A DNA stretch of 64,000 nt from Vicugna vicugna (lineage: Eukaryota). The notes beneath the pieces are model-generated. The model was not told where the DNA came from. It searched no databases and was given only the letters and a program-made list of their open reading frames with translations. The DNA lies in NCBI GenBank assembly GCA_013265495.1, contig MU060767.1:6993546-7057545 (forward strand), given 5' to 3'. The position numbers and the translations under genes are program-made. Shown here piece by piece: positions 47,165 through 59,300 of this stretch. Each line of letters starts with the position of its first letter. Position 1 is the stretch's first letter.

Positions 47165-47680
47165 ACTAAACAGTAACAAACGTGATGGAGGAGGAACCAA
47201 GACTTAGGGGATAGAACAACTGAACAAAATAGCTTGGATCCTTATTTAGTCTTACTTGGATCTTTATTTAAATAAACAAAATGCTGGGGGGAAAAAAGAC
47301 AAAAAAAAGTTGAACACTGACTTGATATTTGATGTTATTCAATATTTGAAAATAATTTCACATTATGCTATTGCTATTGTGATTTGATTTTTAAAGTTTT
47401 TTTCTTTTTGCAATACATAGTGACATGTATATATTATACGTATTTATATATATATATATATGTATAAAAAATGATGTCTGAAATTTACCTCATGCTCTCT
47501 TCGGCAGTATATACACTAAAATTGAAATTTACCTCATATAAGTTGGAGCTGGGATGGGGTGGGGAATGGTAGGGTGTATGGATGAAACACGGCTGTCCAT
47601 GTATATGGGTAAGTTTTGATGCTCTCTGATGTGCGCTCTACTTTTGTTTTATATTTTCCATAATAAAAATAAATAAAGAA
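47165..47680 (+). mobile_element. Old L1MC4/5-like 3' UTR fragment, host of the U6 retrocopy
   Basis: ttgaacactgacttgatatttgatg...atgatgtctgaaatttacc...ggggtggggaatggtagggtgtatggatgaaacacggc...tctacttttgtttatattttccataataaaa. Confidence 0.6.
47493..47524 (+). pseudogene. 3'-truncated U6 snRNA retrocopy (U6 nt 2-33) with a 15-bp TSD
   Basis: TGCTCTCTTCGGCAGTATATACACTAAAATTG versus U6 TGCTCGCTTCGGCAGCACATATACTAAAATTG: 28/32 identical. Flanked by direct repeat tgaaatttacctcat at 47479-47493 and 47523-47537. Confidence 0.9.
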
Positions 47681-47726
47681 AGAAAATATTCATCTAGCTT
47701 TACTGCTGTTGCTGTTCTTGATAAAT

Positions 47727-48245
47727 TAGTGGAGCAAAATCTGCCATCCCAAAACATGTTTCTTTGGCATACGGAGCAACGTAGGCTGACCCTTTTTAAA
47801 GCCCAAAAGACTTAGGAAGACATTCTGGCCTTCTCCCAAATCACCTACAAGAGTGTGCCAGGAAGGGAGCCACCACCATGGATAACAACTAGGTGTGTAG
47901 ACAGAGGAACCTAGCAAAGTCTGTCGTAAAAATTCCTCTCTGTGCCCCACAGTCCCAGCAGGCAAACATTTGTTTTTCCATCTGCACGTGAATTGCCTTC
48001 CTCCCCATGAAGGACCAAACCACTAGCCCCAACATCCTCCTTTGTCTTCAGCTAAAGACAGTACTTAAGGTGAGGGCTTCAGCCGTTCTGGCAACTTACT
48101 CAGTTTTCCTGGGTCTCCCCTATGTATACATGTTACTGCATTTTGTTTGATTTTCTCCTGTTAATCTGTCACCTGTCAATTTAATTCTTAGCCCAGCCAG
48201 AAGAACACAGAAGGGTAGAGGAAAATTTCACACACGCCCCCGACA
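47727..48245 (+). mobile_element. Solo LTR, ERV1 class (MER34/MER39-like)
   Basis: Start gcaaaatctgccatcccaaaacatgtttctttggcata; end gttaatctgtc...cccagccagaagaacacagaagggtagaggaaaattt...ccccgaca; about 520 bp. Confidence 0.7.
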
Positions 48246-48399
48246 ATATCTTGCCCTCATCCCAGACCAACTGATTCTGAATAGGGTGGTACTTACACAT
48301 CTGTATTTTTTTTTAAGCTGTATCTTATCTGGCAATACTGGAGCCAGAAGAAAAAGGAAAAATTACTAATACCAATACTGTTTTTATTGAAAGAGTTGA

Positions 48400-48535
48400 T
48401 ACTTTCTTTGTTATGTATTTTTTGCATTAATTTTGATTTTCAAAAACAAATTTTTTGCACTAAATTTCATTTATCTGGATAATTGAATTTTCAGAATTCC
48501 CTTACATTTTGCACCCAAGGGCCTCACCCCCGGGA
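48400..48535. mobile_element. MER96B-like hAT fragment
   Basis: ttttgcattaattttgattttc...tttatctggataattgaatttt...ccttacattttgcacccaagggcctcaccc. Confidence 0.5.
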
Positions 48536-48587
48536 TTCTAATGCCTGTAGGGTGGGGGCTGAAAAGCCTTCTCCAGTGACTAGTCTA

Positions 48588-48755
48588 GGCCAGCTCTTCT
48601 CAAAATTGAATGTGCATGTGAACCAGCTGGGGATCCTGTTGAAAACTGACTCAGTGGGTCTGGAATGGAGCCTGGGATTATACGTCTTTAACAAGCTTCT
48701 AGATGACGCTGACGCTTCTGGTCCACAGACCATATTTTGTGCAACGAAGTTCTGA
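48588..48755. mobile_element. MER5A/B-type hAT-Charlie element
   Basis: cttctcaaaattgaatgtgcatgtgaaccagctgggg...actcagtgggtctggaatggagcctggg...ctggtccacagaccatattttg. Confidence 0.72.
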
Positions 48756-49049
48756 GCTGTTCTGAAAGGTATGAGGTAAAACGCTAGAGCAAAGACAACT
48801 GAGCTAGAAAGGCAAAGAGAGAAGGGGAAATACCTACGTGAAATACGGCAGGTAAAGGGATCCTATTGGCTCATATAAATCAATAACGTCCTAACAGATA
48901 GTAAACATTATGAACAAAGTACATATGAGTAACTGTACTGACCCAGAAAAATCATGTATGTATCGTCACTGACTAGTTATCAAACAAATACATACTAAAG
49001 TAGCATTTAAACTGCTGTATTTCAATGAAACCAAGATAAAAACAAAGAA

Positions 49050-49560
49050 AGACAGCTAAAATTATAATGCTTGTCTTGGCAAGAATTCAGAGAAACAAAC
49101 ACGCTCGTGTTTTGATGGCAGAAGTGTAAACTGGTATACTACTTTGGAAAATCAACTTGGCAATCTGAATCATAAGCCAAGATGTCACAAGAGCAGTCAT
49201 ACTACCTCTGAGAATCTACTCAGGGATGTCACCCAAATATGGAACAATATGTGCAAGTGTATATTCACAAGAGTGTTAGTGGCATCAGAAGGAAATTAAA
49301 TGTCCAGCAACGCAATATGAGCCAAGTAATTACGGTGCAGTCTCTCAATGGGTTATGATGTAGAGATCAAAAGGGATGACTCAAATATGACTAAGTAACA
49401 TGGTGACATAGTAACTGCTTACGACATGTTAAATGGAAGTGGGTGGAGTCTCTATAGAACATTATGTGTATCTTGATTACAGTTTAAGTGTATAAACTAT
49501 TTTCATGTGTGTACATGTCCGTGTTCCCATGTTTGTTTGTTTTTTATTCTTCCTCCACGT
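49050..49560 (+). mobile_element. Old L1ME-type fragment (ORF2 end and 3' UTR)
   Basis: ggcagaagtgtaaactggtatactactttggaaaatc...gaaattaaatgtccagcaac. Confidence 0.55.
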
Positions 49561-49578
49561 GGAAGAAATTATGACCTC

Positions 49579-50022
49579 TATATCAATTAGAGTTGTCCAC
49601 AGAAACAGAGTATGTGTGTGTGAGACACCTGTATGGAGAGAGGGAGTGAGAGAGAGAGAGAAAGGGTAAGAGAGAAGAGAGAGGTTTATTGGCTGACGTG
49701 ATTGTGGCGTCTCGGTAAGTCCAAAGTCTGCAGGGGAGGCCAGCAGACCGGAGGCCCAGGGAAGAAGAGCTGCAGCTCGAGTCCAGAGGCGGCAAGCTGA
49801 CAGAATCCCCTCTCCTTCCAGGGATATCAGTCTTTTACTAGGAAGGCTTTCAACAGATTGGATGAGGCTCACCACATTCTGGAGGGTGATGTACTTTGCT
49901 CAAAGTCTACTGACTTACATGTGAATCTCATTTTTAAAAATACCTTCATAGAAACATCTAGAATAATGTTTGATAAAATATCTGGGTGGCCTAGACCAGT
50001 TGACACATAATATTAAGCATCA
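49579..50022 (-). mobile_element. MLT2 (ERVL) solo LTR with an internal (GA)n/(GT)n tract
   Basis: ttagagttgtccacagaaacag...ggctgacgtgattgtgg...aagtccaaagtctgcagggg...gattggatgaggctcacc...gcctagaccagttgacacataatattaagcatca is MLT2 antisense. Confidence 0.82.
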
Positions 50023-51699
50023 GTCTGCAAAAGCTCCAGGTTTACATCATGCTTCTGGTTCGTAACACCAAGGAATAAAAAGAACACCTCCTCCTTGTTG
50101 GTTCCAGCAAAACCCAAGAGGAGACTGGGCTGGCCTGGCGTACGTGGAAGTCCTTGACCCAGTCCCAGTGGCAGGCATCTGGGTCTCACGGTTGGACAAG
50201 CCTCCATCACACAGTGGGCAGGAAGAGAGGCAGTCTCACTTGCACCATCGGGGATGGGTTTCTTGGAGAAAAGGGGCAAAGAGGAAGGAGGACAAGATAG
50301 GCGTGTTGAGCAGACGCAAGTGCTGATATTCTGACTAGAGTTGATGGCAGAGATCATCCCAACCAACCAGCTCGGACCCTTCAATACGGCATTAATATTG
50401 CCTCTTTAAAATCCCTTCATTTTCCAGATACAGTCCTTTGTTTGTTGAAAGGAATAAAGGGGACGATAACAGATGTCTGTCCTCCCTGGTCACATCACAA
50501 CTATGGAATTGTTTCTAGATCTGAACCCCCAGGTGTCAAAAAACACTAACAAATTGACATCTATCCTTAGAACTTGAAACCACTTAATAAGGATAAGGGC
50601 CAGAGGTCAAAGTCCTGGTAGCCTAGAAAATAGACCTGTCTGGATAGGTGTGGGGCTGGAAACGATTATCCTGTGGGATGGGGTTAGACTCCCTCCAGGT
50701 GGGGTAGTGGGTGGGAGTAATAATAAAAATTATCCTCAGTGTAAGGAATTCATGTATTTGGAAAATAATAAGCTCCCCATTACTGGTATTTAAGAGGATG
50801 CTACAGAATCATTGATTAGGGACACTGCTTATACATTGATTGTTGGAGACTTAGACTAAAATCTAAAAGCCCTTCATTTATGTGTTTTTTTTCCAGTTCC
50901 AAATACTCTGACCAAACCCAGGAATGTTAGAATTGTGTGTGGGTATTATAGGCCTAAACACCTATATTTATCAATGTTACAATGCTTATTTTGATGGAGC
51001 TCCACTGTAAGAAAACCTAGCTTTTCCCCTCCACTAAAAAAATAACTGTATAGAACTTTAATATCAAAATATTTAGTGCTTTGCCCTCTTGTTTCTCTTG
51101 AAGAACATATTTTTTTATTCAACCTTTCATTTTCAGAAGGTATTCCTCATTTTTACAAATTGCTAAAAAGGGGAACATTTGAAAACTAATTTCAGATTGT
51201 TTTTCAAAAAGGCCTGGACCTATAGCTACTCAGTGACTTCCTCTTCTAGTGATTTATGGGCAGAAGTGTATCGCTGGTGTTGTCTGACTAAATGACAGTG
51301 TCCTGTGTTTAGTTCTCCTATATTTTTTCAAAATGTGTACCTTTAAGCCTTAACATTTGTTAAGTATTAAAATCACGTTACTCTTAGATTGAGAACTCTG
51401 AGGCAAATAAGACACTGAGGGAAATGTAAAACAATTCAACTTACAACATACATTAAGAACAATTAAACATCAATTTAGTAAGTGGGGACCTACCAGTTTA
51501 AAAATTTCTTTTTTAATAGGTCAAAATAGCTAAGTATTGGCAGTTTCTGTGTAATAACAACAAGAGACAAAGATAAAGAAGAAAAAGATAAGAAAAATAA
51601 CAATAAAATTAAATATTAAGTAATAAATTAAATGATAAATATTTATCAATGTATGAATTAAAAATATGAGCAACCCAATAATGATAAAGACTTCAATTG

Positions 51700-52830
51700 T
51701 GATGAAAATATTCATAACCAAAAACAAAACAAAAAAGAGCCTAGATCTAGCCTTCATACTTTATACCATAATTAACTCAAAATGGCTAATAGACCTAAAT
51801 GTTAAGACCTGAAACTATAAATGTCAAGAGGAAAAAACTTGTGACCTTGGCTTAGAGAAAGATTTTTTTTAGTCCAATCCATAAAGGAAAAAAACCTGAT
51901 GGATTTTACTATCAAAATTAGAAACTTCTGATCTTAATAAAAGGATGTGCCACAGACTGGGAAAAATATTCACACTCAGATATTTTGTTTAAGTATTTGT
52001 ATCCAGAAAACCTAAACATATCTTAAAATTCAATAATTAGAAAACAAACAATTAGATTTTTTAAATGGACAAAAGATCTGAACAGATAACTTCGCTAAAG
52101 AAGACGGATGGATGACAAATAAACACATGAGAAGACGCTAGACAGTATTAATCACTAAGGAAACTGTGGCAAACTGAAGCCACAGTAAAATCACTACTAG
52201 ACACCTCTCAGAGTCAGTAACATAAAACAAACAACAACAAAAATACCAAGTGTTGGTGAGAACATGGACCAACTGGAAATCTCATACCTTGCCCGTTGTG
52301 TGCGAAAGATTATAACCGATGTAGAAAGCTTTTCAGGAACTTTTCATAAAGCAAGGCATGCCTACTCTGCGGTATTGAACCAAGTGAAATAAAAACCTAT
52401 GTTCACACAAAACCCTATATATTAATGTTTATAGTGGTTTTATTCATAATCACTAAAAACTGGAAAGAGTTTACAATGCTCAACAACTGGGGGACAGATA
52501 GACTGTGGTACCTCCAATAAAAAGAATGAACTATAGACACAGTTAACAACATGGATGGATTTCAAAAGCATTTATGCTCAGTGAAAGACACCAACCTCAA
52601 AAGGCTACATACTGCATGCTTCCATTTGTATGACCTTTGCGAAGACAAAACTATGGGAACAGGAAGCAGACCAGTATCTGCCAAGAGCTGGGGGTGGGGG
52701 AGAAGTCGGCTGCAAAGAAGGATGGGGGATTTTCCTCTAGATCTTAATTATGGTGGCATTTGTCAAGACTAGCAGAACTCTGCACTTAAAAGTGTGCATT
52801 TTACTGAATATAACTTACACCTTAGAAAAA
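51700..52830 (+). mobile_element. Degenerate L1M (MB/MC/MD-type) ORF2 end and 3' UTR
   Basis: aattaactcaaaatggctaatagacctaaatgttaag...aaatggacaaaagatctgaacag...ccaagtgttggtgagaacatgg...aaaacctatgttcacacaaaacc...acttaaaagtgtgcattttactgaatataac. Confidence 0.72.
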
Positions 52831-54666
52831 AGAAATGGAAAAAAAAAAGCATTAGGATACAAAACGCTGGGGACTTAATAAACAAGAGCACCTTTACCTT
52901 GTGCCATCCTCCCAGCAGGCTTCCTGGTCCAGATCCCAAACCCCAGAAGGTGGGGACCCAGCCACTGGGCACACCTGTGTGTACTTAACACAGGGTGGGC
53001 TTTCTGCCCAAACCAGGCAGCTTCTCAAGCTGCCAGGATGTATTCCTCAACTCCCATTAATTCCATTAAGAACAAGCCGATGACTTTAATTTAGATTCCT
53101 GACCGAGCTATAAACTACATTCCATCTGTTTCAAAGTCTAAGCAACAGATAGGCCAACACTTCTCGGGGAGGAACTTGCCTAAACGCTCAAACTGGGGAA
53201 GTGGGCAGCTGAAGATGTTTGGTGCCAAACCTCTGGTGATTAGGGAGCTCTCCTTCAGTTCGAGTATGAGAAGGAATATTCTCCTGATACGTCCACGTTC
53301 ATCACTGTTAGGCCCATCTGGCATTCGTGGGGGTGCAGAAGCGTTACTGCATCTGTTCATAGCGCTGTGTAAGTGTATTCCCATCATCTGTGTGTGCAGT
53401 TCTGCTCCAGGCTAGCAGACTTGCCCAAGCAGTCTTGCTCGTTCCCGATGTGGGCAGACAGGAGGGTTTTACAATCAGTGCCTGTGCTCTCACATTTTAC
53501 TTGCTACTTCACTTAAATTTAAGAAAATACACTTTGCCAGTGGGGCTGGGGCCTTTGCTTTGTGACCAAGAGCAGGACTTTTCGAGCCTTATCAATTATT
53601 GACCAGTTTTAGGGGAGAGGATACAACAGAACTCTGAAGTCCAGAAACCTATGTGATGAAACAAATTATTGAAGTGATTGTCCCGGCTAAATAAACTGTC
53701 TTTGCTCCATCACTTTCTTTCCCTCACTCACCCTCCAAGGCAGAGCCTGCCTAGCCCAGCTGGTCATTTGGGGCTTTTAAGACACAAAAGAAGGGGGAGA
53801 GTGGGAGTCTGAAAAGAAATGAGGCTCTTACGATGGAACCAGGGGAAACAGGTTTCAGGGAGTGTCGAGCAGAGAGGTGATGGGGGTCATTAAGGTGTGC
53901 AAAGAAAATGAATGGAAGAGAAAGTAATATTTTAAGCTTTTTGCTGTGATCTACATTCAAGATGTGTCGGAAAAAAACCTGAGCTCATTTGCAATTAATT
54001 TGGGTTACTCAACTTTTGTCGCTTTTAATTATGTTTCTTGTTCCACTCTTAATTTTACCAGCCGTCTGAGCCAGGGTCATGACTAGGATGAACTTTTGCC
54101 TTAGACCTGGTAGCCACCTGGCCTTTCTCCTGTTTCTCAGTCCTGTATATGATCACTGAAATTTAGTAAATTTTCCTAAATACACATTTCTTCATTTGAG
54201 TATGTCCTTTAGGACCATTTCCAGATAACTTAAATAATCTGTTATTGTCTCATTTTATTTTTTTATAATTTCCACCAGTTAAGTTGTCCTTTTGCTGGGG
54301 AGAGAGTCCACCGACTTCCTTACTCCATCATTTTGGAGGTCCTGGGATGATTTTCTTCCCACACAAGTACATAATACACCAAATCAGGGAGTGAGCAAAT
54401 GCTCTGGCCACACGTATCTCCACTCGCTTACCTTTTCGCTCTGATTTTACCTATATCATCTTCTATCTCTTAAGCTTGGGTTTTTGAAACTCTGTTCCAA
54501 ATTCACCCCTCCCCACATATACTGAGTCTTCATTTATCTTTCTGCTCTTTCTATGAAAATAAACACAGTTGAGAGTGTTTATCTAGTTCTTTCAAATCCT
54601 TGGCTTTATTGCTCTGTAGCAGATTTTTACATGCTTAGTGTATGGAAGGGGCTTAAATGTTGGTCC

Positions 54667-54710
54667 CCTTCCTTCCTTCCTTCTTTCCTTCCTTCCTTCT
54701 TTCCTTTCTT
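54667..54710. repeat. (CCTT)n imperfect tetranucleotide repeat
   Basis: ccttccttccttccttctttccttccttccttctttcctttctt. Confidence 0.9.
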
Positions 54711-55699
54711 CATCCCTCCTGCCTGCGCTTCCCCTGCATCCCTTACCTATTATGCCTTAGGTTTACATACTAACCAAACCTGTATTCTCTCCCTTGCAAG
54801 ACTATTCCACCTCTGAGGGTAAGGACACCCATTTTTCTTTCCCTGACTTTCCCATAAAGCCAGCACTACACTTTTCAAGTGGTAGGGACTCAAAACATGT
54901 CTGCTTACTGATTGATTATACACAGCAAAACTGCCCATGCTGGAATTCTTCTGGAGGGAGGGAAAATAGAGAGACAGTGGGAAGAAAGAGACCAGCATCA
55001 GATCATGTACGTTTTAGCAGCGGACCGAACTGTGGAGGAGGCCCCTAGGCAATCTTGCTTCCTTACCTGGACTGTCTTGTGCTGGATGATCGGGGTACAT
55101 GAGAGCTGCAGGCAGTGGGAGACCTGGGGCAACGTTAAATATGTCATCACAAAACAAGAAAGAGTCCACTCAACGTGGGAAGAACGCACTGGCCTCGCTA
55201 AACACGGATTCCAGGAGTTGGTGAAAATCTTGCCACAAACCTTTGCTGAGATAACAGAGAGCTTGCAGTGCCAGGTGCGGAGACCTTCCAAAAGCAGCTG
55301 ATTTTGAACCTTGTGGGAAACCAAACTTATGCCAAAGAAAGGAAGCAGATAGGAGTAACAGTTGAATGAAGACCAAAGTTTGTATCAGACAAATTAGAAA
55401 TTTCTCTTTAGCACAACGCAGGGGTCAGGAGCATTAGACAAGTTACGGAAATACGTATGTTTATTACATATTAAAGTAGCCAGACTCTCTGTGCTCTGTG
55501 GGTGGGCTGGAAGTGACCCTGACCAGGGAGGAAGTGCGCGGGCCTCTGTGTCTGATGTTGCGTGTGGGCTGAGAAGCCTCAAACATGAAATTTATGAGGT
55601 TTGATAATGAAAGCAGGCAGATGGCGACATCTGGGCTGTGTGCTTGTGCACCAAACATCGCCCCAGCAAGGACAAGAGAAACTTTTTGATGAGAAGGTG

Positions 55700-56310
55700 T
55701 CTTTAAAAAATCTACTGCAAATATTATACATTAAAAAAAAATGCCTGTCCATCCAAGCGTACTCAGAATATTCAGTAATGTACAAAGAAAAGCTGAACAC
55801 AATCCACACAGAAACTACTGTCAATATTTCAGTCCTTTTTCTCTCCTTCACTCTGCTGCTTTTGCTTCTAGCCTATTTCCCATGCAGGTTTTACAGTCAT
55901 GATCATATTCCATGCACATTTCTGCACCTTGCATCTCTCTCCTAACAATATATCATATGCATTTTTTATGTTACCAATTTTCCATAAGCACCATTTTAAT
56001 GGCTGCATAACAGTCCATCATATGGACATGTTATCATTTAATAATTTCTTTCATTATCTATTTAAGGTTTTTTATTATATCAACAGAATGGGAACCTATG
56101 GTATGATAAACATATTTCTGCAAATATATTTAGGCATGTTTATTTTCCCCTATGTCTTAGGTTATTTCATTCGGATGGATTTCTAGAAGCAGAACTGCTG
56201 GCTCATAACAACCTTGTATGAACATTTTTAAGACTCTTGATCCATTAATGCCAAATTGCTTTGCAAGACTTCCGCATCAATTTACATTTCCATGCTGTGT
56301 GTGGGAGTTC
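55700..56310 (-). mobile_element. L1ME4-like 3' fragment
   Basis: cattttaatggctgcataacagtccatc...ggatttctagaagcagaactgctggctc...atgccaaattgctttgca. Confidence 0.62.
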
Positions 56311-59300
56311 TTAGAAAGATAAATATTAAGACAGAGAGAGAGAATGCCAGAGTCTCTAGGTAAGAATTAATGGAATGAGCTGCTGGGCTTCACCCAAGAG
56401 ATGAAAGGAAATATCATCCTATCAATGATGTACAAATAGAGAGCATTCCTGGCATATACCTGAATAATAAGTGGGTGCTTGTTCTTGGATAATCACCTTT
56501 ATTCAAGAGCCTACTTCTGTGATACCACTTCTATGGCATCTTCCCACATGACTCCAGTCAAAACAGGTTACTCTTTTCCTCGAAGATATTCTTTCAGGAT
56601 CTTTCCTCTGATCCTTCTTCTTTAAGTTAGTTCTAACCACAGTGCTGACTCAAGGTCAGGTTCATCACAGGTACTCCAGCAATGTTTGCTGAAATTAATT
56701 TGTATGTCCAAAGTCTATGGCAAGATGAAAGGAATGGAAGCAGGAAGAAAGATGAGCTGCAGATAATTATGAGGAGACAGGATGAAGTTAGTGAATCAGT
56801 TTGTTGTGCAAGGTTAGCTTTTTCTTTGGTCATGATGAGAAAACTACTGGCATCAAGATTTTCTGAAGCAGTTGGGGAGGAGAGACTAAAGAGAATGGGT
56901 GTAGGCGGGGGTCATCCCGCATGTGGGGAAATAGAAGACGGACTAACTCATACCTTGAGAAATGTGCTGGAGTCGGTGTCTTGCGATAGAGTCTCAAGGG
57001 GGTCCCCTGTAGGTGGTGCTGGGGATGGAGGTGAGGAGAGTGTTTCTTAAAGGGGATCGGGTCTCCAGCTATCAATGACCCTGGGATGAAGCCATCTTGA
57101 GTAGGAAAGAATCAGGGTGAGAAAATCTCCTGATTTCTATAGAGACAGTCAGTGTGGCCTATGTTTCAAGCAAGGGAGGAGTAGGCTGTACTTCCTTCCG
57201 CTGTAATCAGATCCTCAACACAACCTTCATGTTCCTCGCTGGCCATGTCTCTGCAGCCCTATGTGGATCTCAGGGAGGATCTTATCCTAGGATGGGAGGA
57301 GAGGAAGGGAGAGGAGCATAGAGCGGGGGCATGCATACAGTTGCCATCAATGCACAGCTTTGCCCAGGCAAATGGGGACTTTTTCAGAGCGACTGCCAGA
57401 GAGTGAGCTGAGCTCAGCTAAGTGAGGAGGTGCAGAAAAGGCCAGAGGACCTGCTCCCAAGAACGCCTGAAGCATCACCCTGGGGACCAGTCAAGATGAG
57501 CTCATGGTTGCATTTGGCATGACCAGTTTCCAAACACAAAGTGTGGAAGGAGCTGTGGTCACTGTAACTTGTGTCACACAGCAACGCAACAGGGACAATT
57601 GCTCTTGTTGGGTTTTCTCCTCCTCCTGCTATAGGACTTGCATGTATGGAGACTTAGTAATTACTTTTACTTTATATAGTCAATGGATATTCATGCATTT
57701 CTCAAGAGATGACATATATAATTTATATTAAACATATGTATTAAATTCTGGGTCAGGAAAATCAGATTCTGGCCATCTATAAAGAAATGTTCAAAGAAAA
57801 GAAGAAAAAAAAAGCTTAAACAGGGAGAAATTGATCCTTTGCTTTCCCGAATAAAAGTAAAGCATAAAACCTATGAAATCAATTAACCAAGATCCTGAAG
57901 AAATGGAGGTGCTGCAGATCTGAACACATTTACGAAGTGAAGGGCAGGCATTTTACTAGAAGTTTTACAAAAGAGACTTTGGTTGGCGAGATATGATTAT
58001 AAGTGACTGAATCATTTTCTTTAGTGTCGATTTGATACATTTACTGCTAATTAAACATGTTTGAAATTAAAGCAAGTTAGCTAGGAATGGAAAGACAGAG
58101 GCAAACTTGGAGAACAAAGACTTTTCAAGGCACCAGAAAAACTGACAACATTTAAGTGTGTGTGGGGGTGGGCGCGGGAGTGGATGCCATCCACTCAGAG
58201 TGCAAAACCCACCTTAGGGAGATGAGAAGGAGAGAACCTGAAGGAAAAACAAAGCTCCCAAAATACAGGGGTCATAGCTATTGTATAGCTTATACTGTTG
58301 AGAGAAGAATCTTACATGTGCAATATAAAAGTAGCCTACTTAAATAAAAACATTACAGGATGCAACTAAATGCCATAAAAGTACACAAAAATTATAAAAT
58401 TAGAGAAGCTTCTATCACTATTAATATCATTTGGTAAACGACTACTATTCCGTCAGGAGACCATCCTTCATCTCTGCATGTACAAATGCCACCAATCTCT
58501 GTTACATTTCAAATCAAAGACTCTCCCCCTTCCCTGGTCAACAGTGCTTTGTATTCCTATGTCACTTAATTATGATGATTTCTTTTAGACAGAGTCAGTG
58601 TCTCCTCTAGAGATCCCTACTTCAGAGTTTTTAATGTTTAGTGGGTGTTTCGTAAACACAGGTCAAATGCATGCAGGAGAAAACCTTGTCATTTTAAAGT
58701 GTTCATGAATTTTAGTTTCAGTAATGTATTAGTTGTGAAAGTAAAGTCCCATTTCAGGTAGAATTACCTTGGTCCCCTTCAACGTCAATATTTGATAGCC
58801 CTGTGAATCAAAGGGAAAATAAACAGCCCCACTGGTGAGCTTTGATTGACACAGCCCATCTATTCTGGGTAAAGATCTGAGCTCAGCATGGGGATGGCTG
58901 AATCAATAGACCACTGGAGCCTCAAACCCATCTTGGAGATGTTTGAATGCCCGAATGGAAATGTTGACCTTTTCTTGTTGAAAACTCACTCCCCCATTTA
59001 ATGAAGTTGCAGCTGCAAAGAAAAGTGCATGGTCAGCTGGAGTCAGAAAATAATTTCATACTGATTGGATGTTGATCATTCCTGACATCAAATCCCCTAC
59101 CCCGATGCTGTTACTCCAGACCCTCATTACAGGGCATAACCTGGAATGGCCTGGTGTCTAGCTCCTCTCTGAAGCAGAGCCAAGAGAAATGAGATTTCAG
59201 AAAGACCAGCAAAGAGACAAGTCACTCATCCATTCTCCGAGGGACTCAAAGGTGGATCAAACAAGACATTGAAAAGCTGTCACCTGAGAGGTTGCAAAGG

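Noticed and set aside
47493-47524. Functional U6 snRNA gene
   Set aside because: Only about 32 of about 107 nt are present. It lacks the ACAGAGA box, the ISL and the terminator, and it is flanked by a TSD.
51530-51757. Hydrophobic 75-aa minus-strand ORF resembling a small membrane protein; similar case at 26391-26654
   Set aside because: Translation of A-rich/T-rich low-complexity or L1-derived DNA gives F/I/L-rich peptides by composition alone.
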